Shown here: positions 1 to 9,149 of the stretch, piece by piece | How positions within the stretch are numbered: the first letter of the stretch is position 1 | Layout of the letters: each line of letters starts with the position of its first letter | DNA from: a virus | Length of the DNA stretch: 64,000 bases | Strand: one strand, 5' to 3' | Virus record (IMG/VR): IMGVR_UViG_3300006921_000009 | Coordinates: 1-64,000 of that record | Made by a program: the position numbers and the translations under genes | The notes under the pieces: model-generated | Databases searched by the model: none | What the model saw: only the letters and a program-made list of their open reading frames with translations | What the model was told of the DNA's origin: nothing

Positions 1-1
1 T

Positions 2-1108
2 CTTAGTGCTAACGGAGTAACACTAGAGCAAGCTAAAGCTGCAATACCTGGTTTAGGCGGTAAGATAAAAGATTGGTTTCAAAGAGGTGTTGACTATTTA
101 GAACCAACACAACAAAGTAGTGAGGTTGAATTAAAATACTCACCTGTAAATATGTCTGGGTATGGAAAATCTTATAAACAGGAAGATATATCTGAAGGAG
201 GTAAAGAAATAATATTTAATCCTTACAAGCAATTATTTAAAATAAATGATGGTGTTTTATCTGCTAATATAGATGATATAGATGGTAAAACTTTTTATCC
301 AATATCTGTAGATCTTAGTAATACTTCTGAATATTTAGATTATAAAGCAAAAAAAGATACACTTGATGCTGAAAGAAAAAGACTAAGAGAAGCAGGGGAA
401 AAAGGTATTGAAGATATGCTTAGGGGAAAGGGAGCATCTATGAGTCTAGCAACAAAACAAATGCTAAACTTATTGGGTAAGGAGCTTGGAAAGAAAAATA
501 GCATTGCCGCATTTAAAGGAGATACTTTATCTCAACCAACACAACAAGCTAGTGAGGTTGCAGCCGGTAATACTTACAAAGGTTTAAAAGTAATTAATAC
601 TACTGATATTGTAAACAAAGAAGGTAAGAAAGGAGCTGCACAATATAATGCATCTACTGGAACTATTAAAGTTAATAGAAGTTTCTTAGAAAAAAAGTTT
701 GAAGAAAAGGCTTGGACTAATCCTAGAGACTTAATAGAAACAATACATGGTGAAAAAATTAAAAATCCAGCTAATGCTTTACCTGCTGATCAGTTTAAGA
801 CTTATCAAGAATGGGAAAACTTTGTAATGGAACATGAAAGACAGCATAGTCTTTTGTCTAGAGCAGAGTTTGATGCTACTGTACCTTTTCAAACACATGT
901 ATCAGATTACGAGAATGAAATTAACCAACGTGCCTTAGCTAGTATAGAAGCAGACAAAACATCTGTAACAGCTAAAGATACTAAGTCAGTTTCAAATACA
1001 ATTGCAATGTTCCAAAAAGGAATTAAAGCAGAAAACAAAAAACAAATAGACGTAAAATACGTGGAAACAGTACTAAATAATGATGAATTTGATAGGAATC
1101 CTTGTTAA
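2..1108 (+). CDS. C-terminal part of a large virion cargo (ejected) protein, 5'-truncated by the window; contains a zincin-like HExxH motif
   Basis: Frame is open from position 2 (LSANGVTLEQ...), upstream of the listed ATG at 152; FVMEHERQH motif; lies directly upstream of the virion RNAP as in crAss-like phages. Confidence 0.7.
   Translation, partial: LSANGVTLEQAKAAIPGLGGKIKDWFQRGVDYLEPTQQSSEVELKYSPVNMSGYGKSYKQEDISEGGKEIIFNPYKQLFKINDGVLSANIDDIDGKTFYPISVDLSNTSEYLDYKAKKDTLDAERKRLREAGEKGIEDMLRGKGASMSLATKQMLNLLGKELGKKNSIAAFKGDTLSQPTQQASEVAAGNTYKGLKVINTTDIVNKEGKKGAAQYNASTGTIKVNRSFLEKKFEEKAWTNPRDLIETIHGEKIKNPANALPADQFKTYQEWENFVMEHERQHSLLSRAEFDATVPFQTHVSDYENEINQRALASIEADKTSVTAKDTKSVSNTIAMFQKGIKAENKKQIDVKYVETVLNNDEFDRNPC
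102..560 (+). repeat. 27-nt in-frame direct repeat (102-128 and 534-560) encoding a PTQQxSEV linker
   Basis: AACCAACACAACAA(AG/GC)TAGTGAGGTTG, 25/27 identical, 432 nt apart. Confidence 0.85.
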
Positions 1109-1115
1109 AAATTCG

Positions 1116-1123
1116 TATATTTG
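1116..1123 (+). promoter_or_regulatory. Bacteroidota sigma70-type -7 element (TAnnTTTG) upstream of the vRNAP gene
   Basis: TATATTTG in the short intergenic gap before ATG 1139. Confidence 0.6.
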
Positions 1124-1138
1124 TAAAAACTAAAATTC

Positions 1139-4100
1139 ATGAGCAAATTTTGTCCAAATAAAAATACAGCTGATTTTAAATCAATGTCAGCTGCACTAGG
1201 AGATAGCATAGCTACTTCTGTATGGTATGAGAATAGCGGTGAGCCAATCTGGAATAATCCAGATGGTTCGCCTTCTACCTTATGGAATGAGTTAACTAGT
1301 CATCCTGGTGTTAAAGATATGGAGCATGCTACTCAAATAAAGAGTAACATGTATACCAAGTCATTTAAGAATGCGTTCCCTAACAGAACATCTGAGCCTA
1401 CTATGGCAGAGCTAATGAACTTCATTAATAATAAGAATGAAGTAGCTGCTAGATTTGCGCTGTATCAGGAACTTAAACTTACTGACAAAAATGATCCAAC
1501 TAAGCCAATCAAATGGAGTGATACAACTGCTAACTATAAGAAAGTTCTTAAACTAGTACAGAAGATTAATTCAGGAGAAAGAGCTAATGCAAAGATCGTT
1601 AAAGTAGCGTCTGGTAATAAATCTTTTATTACTATCCAACTTACACCTAAGACTGCATTCACAACTGCAGAAGGTGACGTTACAGCATCTTTTGATGCTA
1701 AGACCGGTACTATTACTTTTGGTGAGAAAGGATTAACTGCAGAGACAGTTATCCATGAATTCGCTCATCCATTTGTTGATGCACTGGCTACAAACAATCC
1801 TAAATTATACAAAAACTTATTAGCTTCTATCAAGAAAGATTCTAATGTACCTGAAATTGCTAAGATCTTAGATCACGTAGCAACTAACTACAAAGGAAAC
1901 AAAACGATAGCAGATAAAGAATTACTTGCGTATACTATTTCAGAGTACGGTAAAGGTAACATTGATGTTTCTACAGGGACTAATACTAAAACAGCTATAA
2001 AAAGATTTTATGACTGGTTAAATAGCTTAGCCGCTGATGTAATAAAAGCAATCAAAAAAGATGGTACTATCTATGTTGATAGAATTAATCCTAAGACTCC
2101 TTATAATACAGTAGCTGATATCTTTACAGTATATTCAGAGTTAGGTACAATAGATTTATCTGCTTCGCCAGTTGTAGCTGAGTTAACATCTAAAGCTAAA
2201 ACAGATCCTAAGACTATAGCTCAAGCTAAACCTGTTATGTCTGCATTGCAGAAAAAGATGGCAGAGCGTAAAGCTAAAAGTACAAAAGAAGTTCCACCAG
2301 CTTATAAAATGGTAGAAACTAAAGATGCAGAGTTTGTTGATATTGTAGATGAAGCAAATCACATGTCTTCTTTACTACCTAAAGAAATAGCTACAGAGTT
2401 AACAGACGGATACGTTAAAGTACTCTCTGGAGGACAAGCTGTAGTAGGTATGTTTGAAGATGCTATGATTTCCTTATCTAAACAAGGACCAAAAGGTACA
2501 GCTTACCATGAAGGTTTCCACGCAGTATTTAGAACATTACTTGACGCAGATGCACAAGCAGCTTTGTATACAGAAGCTAAGGCAGAGTATGTAGATCCTA
2601 CAGCAAAAGATATTTTTGATTTACAGTTACAGCATAACATCTCTGCAGCAGAAGCTCAGAAACTTTACTATGAAGAGTTAATGGCAGATGACTTTGCACT
2701 TTTTATGTCAAACCCAGCTGAAGAGTTTTCTCCAGGTATTAGAGGTTTCTTTGAAAAGATAGCTAACTGGATTTCTGAAGTATTTAATAAACCAACAAAG
2801 AAAGATAAATTATTTAAAAATATAAGTTTAGGTAAATACACTAAACAGACTCCTAATATTACTAGAGGTATTGCTTACAAAGTACATCCTTTATTTAGTA
2901 TACAGGACGTTAATACAATTACAAGAGAGTTAGCATCAGTTGCTTTCCAAAATATAAATACAATAGATGACTTAAGAGCTAGTTCAGTTACTTTAAGTAC
3001 TATTGCAGATAGTATTACTGACTCTGCTATTGCTGCAGAAGAAACAGGAAACACGGAATTAATAGAAAGATTAGAATTACTGTTTGATCAGGAGACTGGT
3101 GAAATTGATATGTTCTGGTTAAAAGAAGTAGATGCTTACTTACGTAACTCTTTAGGTCTTGTAACTAAAAGAGCAAAGAAAGAACAAAAGATTACAGAAG
3201 ATTCTCAAGAAGAACTAAGTGATGAAGATTTAGATAAAGGTAATTTCCTTAAGTCTTCTTATGAGATATCAGGTAAAACTAATGCTACTGCTGCAGTTAA
3301 GTTTTTAGTTGCTATGACTCCTAAAATGGAACTAATCAACAAAGCTAAACCAGCTACAATAGAGAACATGACACAAACTCTAAGTCCTTTAACCGGTCTT
3401 CCGGTATTAGTTGACTTTGGTATGTTCTACAATGATGTAGAGAATAGTTTATCTAATATTGTTAGTACAAAGGTTAAAGGTGTTCCTACAGATCCATTGG
3501 CTACTATGTTACTTGAGTTAAAAAAACAATCTAAGTATAAGCCAGAGATGTTAACATTGGCTGCTAAGATTGAAAACGCAAGTGAAGAAGTTAGAACACA
3601 ATTCTTTAAAGCTTTTTCTAAGAACAAAGGTAGTTTTGTACATCACCAAATTTCTAGTAATACATCAGCACAAGAGGTTGATAAAAAAATCTATAGCTCT
3701 AAACTAACTACTTCTAACTTTAGTACTAAGTCTACTATTATTACACAGAATTGGATACAAGGTTTTGCTAAAGCATTTTCTACGAGAGAAAACAACCAGG
3801 ATATATATGATGTAGCTAAGCAAGAAGTATTTGCATTAGAGTCTCAGTTGTTACGTAATGACATTGTACAATTTGTAAAAGAAACTACAGCAGGTGTTAA
3901 ACCAACAGTTAAGCCTTTAGCTACATTTACTAAAGTATTAAATAGCTTAGGTGTTACATTAAATCCTAATACTCTTAATTATATTATAGAAGAGAGATTA
4001 CAAACTGAAGAAGGTGTTTCTTATGAAGAATCTTACTCAGAAGCATTAGAGGATTTGTATTATGATTTTACACAGGCTACTAGAACATTAAAAGATAAGT

Positions 4101-7100
4101 CAGGTGATATATTTAATAACAATCATATTGCTGATGAAGGTAGTTTCTTTACAGGAGTTTTAGCTGAAGCTGAGGCTTACTTTAAACAACTTCCTGGTGA
4201 GAATGCATTTGTTGGACCAGATGGTAACACAATATATTCTTATCAAAATAATGATTCAGTATCTAAAACATTAGGTGCTATTAAGCAAGGTGATTTAACA
4301 CACTTAGAGAACGTAGCAAAGTCTGCTTACGGTAAACACTCTATCTGGACTAAGTCAATGCTAGATTCAGTTAACGGTTCTATTAACATTGAAGAGTTTG
4401 GTGTACATATGTACGGAAACTTGAAATCAGAGGCGACTGCTGGGGATAAAGGAGCTAAGGCTTCTGAGCTTAAACCTATTGATGCTTATATGGATCAAGT
4501 TAATAAACAACTTAGCGGTTATTATATTGGACTTGCAGAAGCAGATAAGTCTAGACAATCTTACTTTAAAGGACCTGAGTTATTAAACTCTGCATTTACT
4601 GTTAATAATGACAATAAATTTGTAATGTCAGTTAAAGGACAAGGTATGAAAGCAATACAGGGTTACTTAGCAGATGAGCTGTCGCGTATGAGCATTGCTC
4701 ATGATGTAGTGTACGGAACAGCCACTGCTGAGTCTCTTCCTGAAGAACAATGGATCTTAAACTACCATTACTACAATGCACCTAAAGATTATACAGGTGT
4801 ACGTATAGGTAAAGATGGCGATAAGATACCAGGTAATGCATTTCACAGTTTCTTATTCCCGGACATAAACTTAGAGAGTTTAGGTCTAAAGAATGCTAAC
4901 GGAACTATGAACGCTCTTAGTGATCAAAACTTTTGGAGTAGTAAACCTATTCAAGAAATGATTAAAACTAAGTTTGGTGCATTAGTACAAGATGAAATGG
5001 AACATGCTGCAAAGATTGGTCTATTAACTAAAAAAGAAGACGGTACATTTGAAAACAATTTAATTAGTGCTAGTATTATAACTAACCCATCTAAAAAATA
5101 TACACAAGGTGGAGCTGTTGACATAACAAGAGTAATGGCTGATTATGTTCTTAACTCTATAGTAGGTAACATTGAACAAACTAAATTGTTTAATATGGAT
5201 CCTGCAGGATATAAGGTTAAAGGTGTTGGTACAAAGAAATGGTCTGAAGTAGATCACTTTGGAGATTTTATGAAAAGAATCCCTGCAGCGTTTGCATCAG
5301 GACTTGATTATAGAATCTTTAACACTAAGGACGGTATACCAGTAGTAAGACCAACATATACATCGGCTACAATAGCTAACATTACTGTTCCTTCTGCATT
5401 TTTTGGAACTACTAATGAAAATGGAGATGTTTCTTTTAATAAAGATAACTTAAAAGAAGTAGCTAAAGTAACAGGTTTATCTATGTCAGAGCTGGAAGAT
5501 TTGTTTGCTCCTTACTTGGAGATTAACCAAACAGATGCCCAGGCTTGGATTACTTTAGATACATATAAAGAAAGATTAAATGGTACAGGACAATGGACTC
5601 CAGCACATGAAACTGCATATCAAGCAGCTATAGCCGGTGAACAATTGGATTCTGTCAATACTAAGTTGTTAGCTCAACCATTAAAGACTGTTCACGCAGA
5701 ACCTTATATGACTGCTAACAATGAGATGATAATGCAATACAACAAGCAATCAGAAGCTGTATTACTTCCGTTTATGAAGAACACGGAGTTAGGACAGTTG
5801 ATGAAAGCAATGGAAACAAAAGGAGTAGATCACGTTATTACTTTAGATGGTAAGAAAGCTGGTGCTTCTGGTATTGTTGATATTACAGATGAGAACAATA
5901 AAATTAAGCCTGCAGGTGACATTAAAATGAACCCTGTTAATCTTAGTTATAACTACTTATTCTTACAACAAGATTTACCAACTAAGCAAGTTAGTGCAAA
6001 GTTAGTAGGTTCTCAGATGAGTAAAAATGTTTTATCTGTTGTTAAATTAGACGGTGAATATTTTAATGACTTAAACGGACAAGAGGTAACTGATTTACAT
6101 CACGCTACTATAGGACGTTTATCTGATGCAGGACTAGTTGAACTTGATAAAAGTTTAGATTACAATCCTGAAACTAAGAGGTTTGGTTTTGAAACAGATC
6201 CTAATGCAACTTCTAAAGTACACAAAACTGTACAGAAAGAATTTGAAGGAGAAATTTCTGAAAACCACCAACAAGCATTAGAAGAAAACATTGCGTTTGA
6301 TGCATTACCAATTAAGACAAAAATAATGAACAAGTTAATGGCTCTTGTAACAAAGAAGACCGTTAAACTTAAACAACAAGGTGCATCTCTAATTCAGTTA
6401 TCTGATTTAGGTTTCTTAGGTTCAGAAGTTAAATTAAATGATAAAGTTAAAGACGGTATTGTTTGGTTTAAAGATCCTACAGAAAGATTGCAACCAATGC
6501 ACATTAAGGAAGGTGAAGTTAAAGCTGCACAAATCTTAATGCCACACAGTAAGATAGTTGATATGCTAGCTGGTTCATCTAAAAAAGCTATAGAAGCTCA
6601 AGATGCATTAGAAAAAGCACACGGAACTAGAAACTTTAAAGAGTTAACACACGAACAACTTAAAGATCTTATTGAAGGAGGAGTTTTAGAAGGATTAAGT
6701 TACCGTATTCCTAATCAGGGTCCATCATCTAATGATGCCTTTGAGATAGTAGGTATATTACCTGCAGAGATGGGAGATACAATGGTAGCCTTTTCTGATG
6801 TAACAACAAAGACTGGATCAGATTTTGATATTGATAAAGCGTTTGTTATGGTTCCTAATTTCTACTTTGATGCAAAAGCTGGTAAAGTTAAGAAAGTAGG
6901 TTATGACTTAAACAACCTAGAAGAGACAAGTAAAGCAGGTCTAGAGAATTTACGTTTAGATTTAGCAAGAGAGATGTTAATGCATCCTTCAGCTTATGCT
7001 TCTGTAATGGCTCCATTAGATGATCCATGGTTAGAGAAAGCAGCTAAGAATCTTTACCCAGAAGTTGGTGCAAAACGAGCTATGGAATTCTTTACAGGTA

Positions 7101-9142
7101 GAGTACAGTTAAATAATAAATCTACATTTGACGGTGCTAAGTCTTTGATTGGTGTAATTGCCAACCACATGACAAGTCACTCTTTATTTATGGTAGAAGA
7201 CATATCGTTTACTGATTACTACTTAGGGGTAGGACAAACAGGAAACGGTGGTAATACTACTTTATCTAATAAGTTTGATGTTAATGGTAAAGAGATTGCT
7301 GGTACACTAGGTGCATATATGAATGCAATTGTGGATGCTGCAAAAGATGCTTACATTAGTAGAGCAAACATTAACCAAACAACTGCAGGTACAGCATTTA
7401 TGTTAGCTAGAGCAGGTGTAGATAGAAACTGGATTAATGCCTTTATGGGTCAACCAGCTATTAAAGATTTAGTTGCAGCACAAGATGCAGCTGAAGGTAG
7501 GTTTGGTTCTCCTGTTTATGATGAAGTTAATCAGAAATATTTATCTGCTGTAGAAACTGTATTACGTAAATATGGTGAAACAGAAATGACAGATTCACAG
7601 TTTAGAGAGTCTAAAGCAGTAAAAGGATTAAGAAGAAGTAAGTCAGAATCTATTAAAGTATCTACTTCTGATTTAGAAACTGCAATATTAAACCCAGAGA
7701 AAAGTAAATTAGATCAGTTAGCTGTTCTTAAACAGTTCTTAGAGTACCAAGGACAGGCAGGACAATTAAATGAGGTAATTAAAGTATCTAAAGCAGATGT
7801 TGAAGGTGCAACTAAGAATATAGTTTCAGCTCACTTAGCTCTTAACTTAATGAAAAAGGTAACAGAAAATGATACTTTTACCGGGGTTAATGATTACTTA
7901 GGTGTAGACATGTCTGAATTGTCACTTACTTTTAAGCAAGGTGCTGAAGGTAAAATGATAGGACGTTACTTTGAGAATTCAGTAATAGGTGCACTAGAGA
8001 GATTTAGTAGATTCTTTATTGCAGGTTCTGCAGCATCTATGGAAACAATAGAAGGTGTAGCTGGTGCAGCTGGATATCAAAGTATGACTACTAATGCTGA
8101 CTTGGAAAGTTTAGCTTTTAGTATTTCTAATGAGGTTTATGCACATGCAGCTAGTAATACTAGAGCATTTAATATGAATCCTGAAGATTTACATACTCTT
8201 CTATACGGTAAAACAGGTCAACTATCTATAGCTGATAGAGTAACAAAGATGCAAAAAGATAGCAGCTTATCTGATAATCTATTACTTACCGGCTTACAAG
8301 TTAGGTCTGGACGTGATGGTGCTCCTGATAAAGTTATGTTACCTAATACAGAAACAGTTAAAGAAACAAAAGAAGGATTATATGCAGCATGGAATGAGCT
8401 TTTAGGTTCTGAAAATGCAGAAGTACGTGAGTTAGGTAGTGACTTAGCTAAGTACGCATTCTTTACTTCTGGTTTTTCTAAGTCAGTAGGTGATTTCTCT
8501 GAGCACATTCCTACGGAGTGGTTAAATGAAAGAGAATTTAATACAGATATACAAACTGCAAGACAAACTATGGATACTGATAGATATTCTTTACGGGAAA
8601 CTGAAGATACAATCTTTAAGAACCTTTACAAGAACAATCAATTAGTACCTGTTCTTAAAAGAGATTCTGCTAAACCAATAGTTTGGAAAGATGGTGGAGA
8701 TTTACAAGTACCTTTAGAAGATGCTTTTATGATTCCACAGTCTGATTCTTTAAATTATGCATTTGGTGAAGGACCTAACGGTAAAATCTTTAAAAGATTT
8801 GTTAAACGTTCGGTTCCTACTTTAAACCAATTTGGAGAGGTAACAGGTAAAGAGTATATGTTATACAAGTTAGCCGGGTACACTCATAACAAAGATGCGG
8901 TTTATGTAAGAACAAATACATTAGGTATATCCGGTAAAGGAAATAACGTTAAAGAGTATATTGGTAACCCAAACACTAGTATATTTGCTAAAAATAACGT
9001 ATCTTTGCCACAGGGGTTACAAAACCTTGTAGATGTATTAGAACAAAGAAGTATGAATCCAGAAAGTACTGAAATCAGTTTAGACGCCCAAGATAAAATG
9101 GGAGAAGTTGAAGACAGAGAGGTATTTTGTTTAATGAGATAA
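1139..9142 (+). CDS. Virion-packaged DNA-dependent RNA polymerase (crAss-like, phi14:2 gp66-type) with N-terminal zincin-like domains
   Basis: 2667 aa; catalytic TGSDFDIDK (DxDxD at 6821-6835) preceded by SYRIPNQG; HEFAH and HEGFH motifs in the N-terminal part. Confidence 0.9.
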   Translation: MSKFCPNKNTADFKSMSAALGDSIATSVWYENSGEPIWNNPDGSPSTLWNELTSHPGVKDMEHATQIKSNMYTKSFKNAFPNRTSEPTMAELMNFINNKNEVAARFALYQELKLTDKNDPTKPIKWSDTTANYKKVLKLVQKINSGERANAKIVKVASGNKSFITIQLTPKTAFTTAEGDVTASFDAKTGTITFGEKGLTAETVIHEFAHPFVDALATNNPKLYKNLLASIKKDSNVPEIAKILDHVATNYKGNKTIADKELLAYTISEYGKGNIDVSTGTNTKTAIKRFYDWLNSLAADVIKAIKKDGTIYVDRINPKTPYNTVADIFTVYSELGTIDLSASPVVAELTSKAKTDPKTIAQAKPVMSALQKKMAERKAKSTKEVPPAYKMVETKDAEFVDIVDEANHMSSLLPKEIATELTDGYVKVLSGGQAVVGMFEDAMISLSKQGPKGTAYHEGFHAVFRTLLDADAQAALYTEAKAEYVDPTAKDIFDLQLQHNISAAEAQKLYYEELMADDFALFMSNPAEEFSPGIRGFFEKIANWISEVFNKPTKKDKLFKNISLGKYTKQTPNITRGIAYKVHPLFSIQDVNTITRELASVAFQNINTIDDLRASSVTLSTIADSITDSAIAAEETGNTELIERLELLFDQETGEIDMFWLKEVDAYLRNSLGLVTKRAKKEQKITEDSQEELSDEDLDKGNFLKSSYEISGKTNATAAVKFLVAMTPKMELINKAKPATIENMTQTLSPLTGLPVLVDFGMFYNDVENSLSNIVSTKVKGVPTDPLATMLLELKKQSKYKPEMLTLAAKIENASEEVRTQFFKAFSKNKGSFVHHQISSNTSAQEVDKKIYSSKLTTSNFSTKSTIITQNWIQGFAKAFSTRENNQDIYDVAKQEVFALESQLLRNDIVQFVKETTAGVKPTVKPLATFTKVLNSLGVTLNPNTLNYIIEERLQTEEGVSYEESYSEALEDLYYDFTQATRTLKDKSGDIFNNNHIADEGSFFTGVLAEAEAYFKQLPGENAFVGPDGNTIYSYQNNDSVSKTLGAIKQGDLTHLENVAKSAYGKHSIWTKSMLDSVNGSINIEEFGVHMYGNLKSEATAGDKGAKASELKPIDAYMDQVNKQLSGYYIGLAEADKSRQSYFKGPELLNSAFTVNNDNKFVMSVKGQGMKAIQGYLADELSRMSIAHDVVYGTATAESLPEEQWILNYHYYNAPKDYTGVRIGKDGDKIPGNAFHSFLFPDINLESLGLKNANGTMNALSDQNFWSSKPIQEMIKTKFGALVQDEMEHAAKIGLLTKKEDGTFENNLISASIITNPSKKYTQGGAVDITRVMADYVLNSIVGNIEQTKLFNMDPAGYKVKGVGTKKWSEVDHFGDFMKRIPAAFASGLDYRIFNTKDGIPVVRPTYTSATIANITVPSAFFGTTNENGDVSFNKDNLKEVAKVTGLSMSELEDLFAPYLEINQTDAQAWITLDTYKERLNGTGQWTPAHETAYQAAIAGEQLDSVNTKLLAQPLKTVHAEPYMTANNEMIMQYNKQSEAVLLPFMKNTELGQLMKAMETKGVDHVITLDGKKAGASGIVDITDENNKIKPAGDIKMNPVNLSYNYLFLQQDLPTKQVSAKLVGSQMSKNVLSVVKLDGEYFNDLNGQEVTDLHHATIGRLSDAGLVELDKSLDYNPETKRFGFETDPNATSKVHKTVQKEFEGEISENHQQALEENIAFDALPIKTKIMNKLMALVTKKTVKLKQQGASLIQLSDLGFLGSEVKLNDKVKDGIVWFKDPTERLQPMHIKEGEVKAAQILMPHSKIVDMLAGSSKKAIEAQDALEKAHGTRNFKELTHEQLKDLIEGGVLEGLSYRIPNQGPSSNDAFEIVGILPAEMGDTMVAFSDVTTKTGSDFDIDKAFVMVPNFYFDAKAGKVKKVGYDLNNLEETSKAGLENLRLDLAREMLMHPSAYASVMAPLDDPWLEKAAKNLYPEVGAKRAMEFFTGRVQLNNKSTFDGAKSLIGVIANHMTSHSLFMVEDISFTDYYLGVGQTGNGGNTTLSNKFDVNGKEIAGTLGAYMNAIVDAAKDAYISRANINQTTAGTAFMLARAGVDRNWINAFMGQPAIKDLVAAQDAAEGRFGSPVYDEVNQKYLSAVETVLRKYGETEMTDSQFRESKAVKGLRRSKSESIKVSTSDLETAILNPEKSKLDQLAVLKQFLEYQGQAGQLNEVIKVSKADVEGATKNIVSAHLALNLMKKVTENDTFTGVNDYLGVDMSELSLTFKQGAEGKMIGRYFENSVIGALERFSRFFIAGSAASMETIEGVAGAAGYQSMTTNADLESLAFSISNEVYAHAASNTRAFNMNPEDLHTLLYGKTGQLSIADRVTKMQKDSSLSDNLLLTGLQVRSGRDGAPDKVMLPNTETVKETKEGLYAAWNELLGSENAEVRELGSDLAKYAFFTSGFSKSVGDFSEHIPTEWLNEREFNTDIQTARQTMDTDRYSLRETEDTIFKNLYKNNQLVPVLKRDSAKPIVWKDGGDLQVPLEDAFMIPQSDSLNYAFGEGPNGKIFKRFVKRSVPTLNQFGEVTGKEYMLYKLAGYTHNKDAVYVRTNTLGISGKGNNVKEYIGNPNTSIFAKNNVSLPQGLQNLVDVLEQRSMNPESTEISLDAQDKMGEVEDREVFCLMR

Positions 9143-9149
9143 TTGAGAT

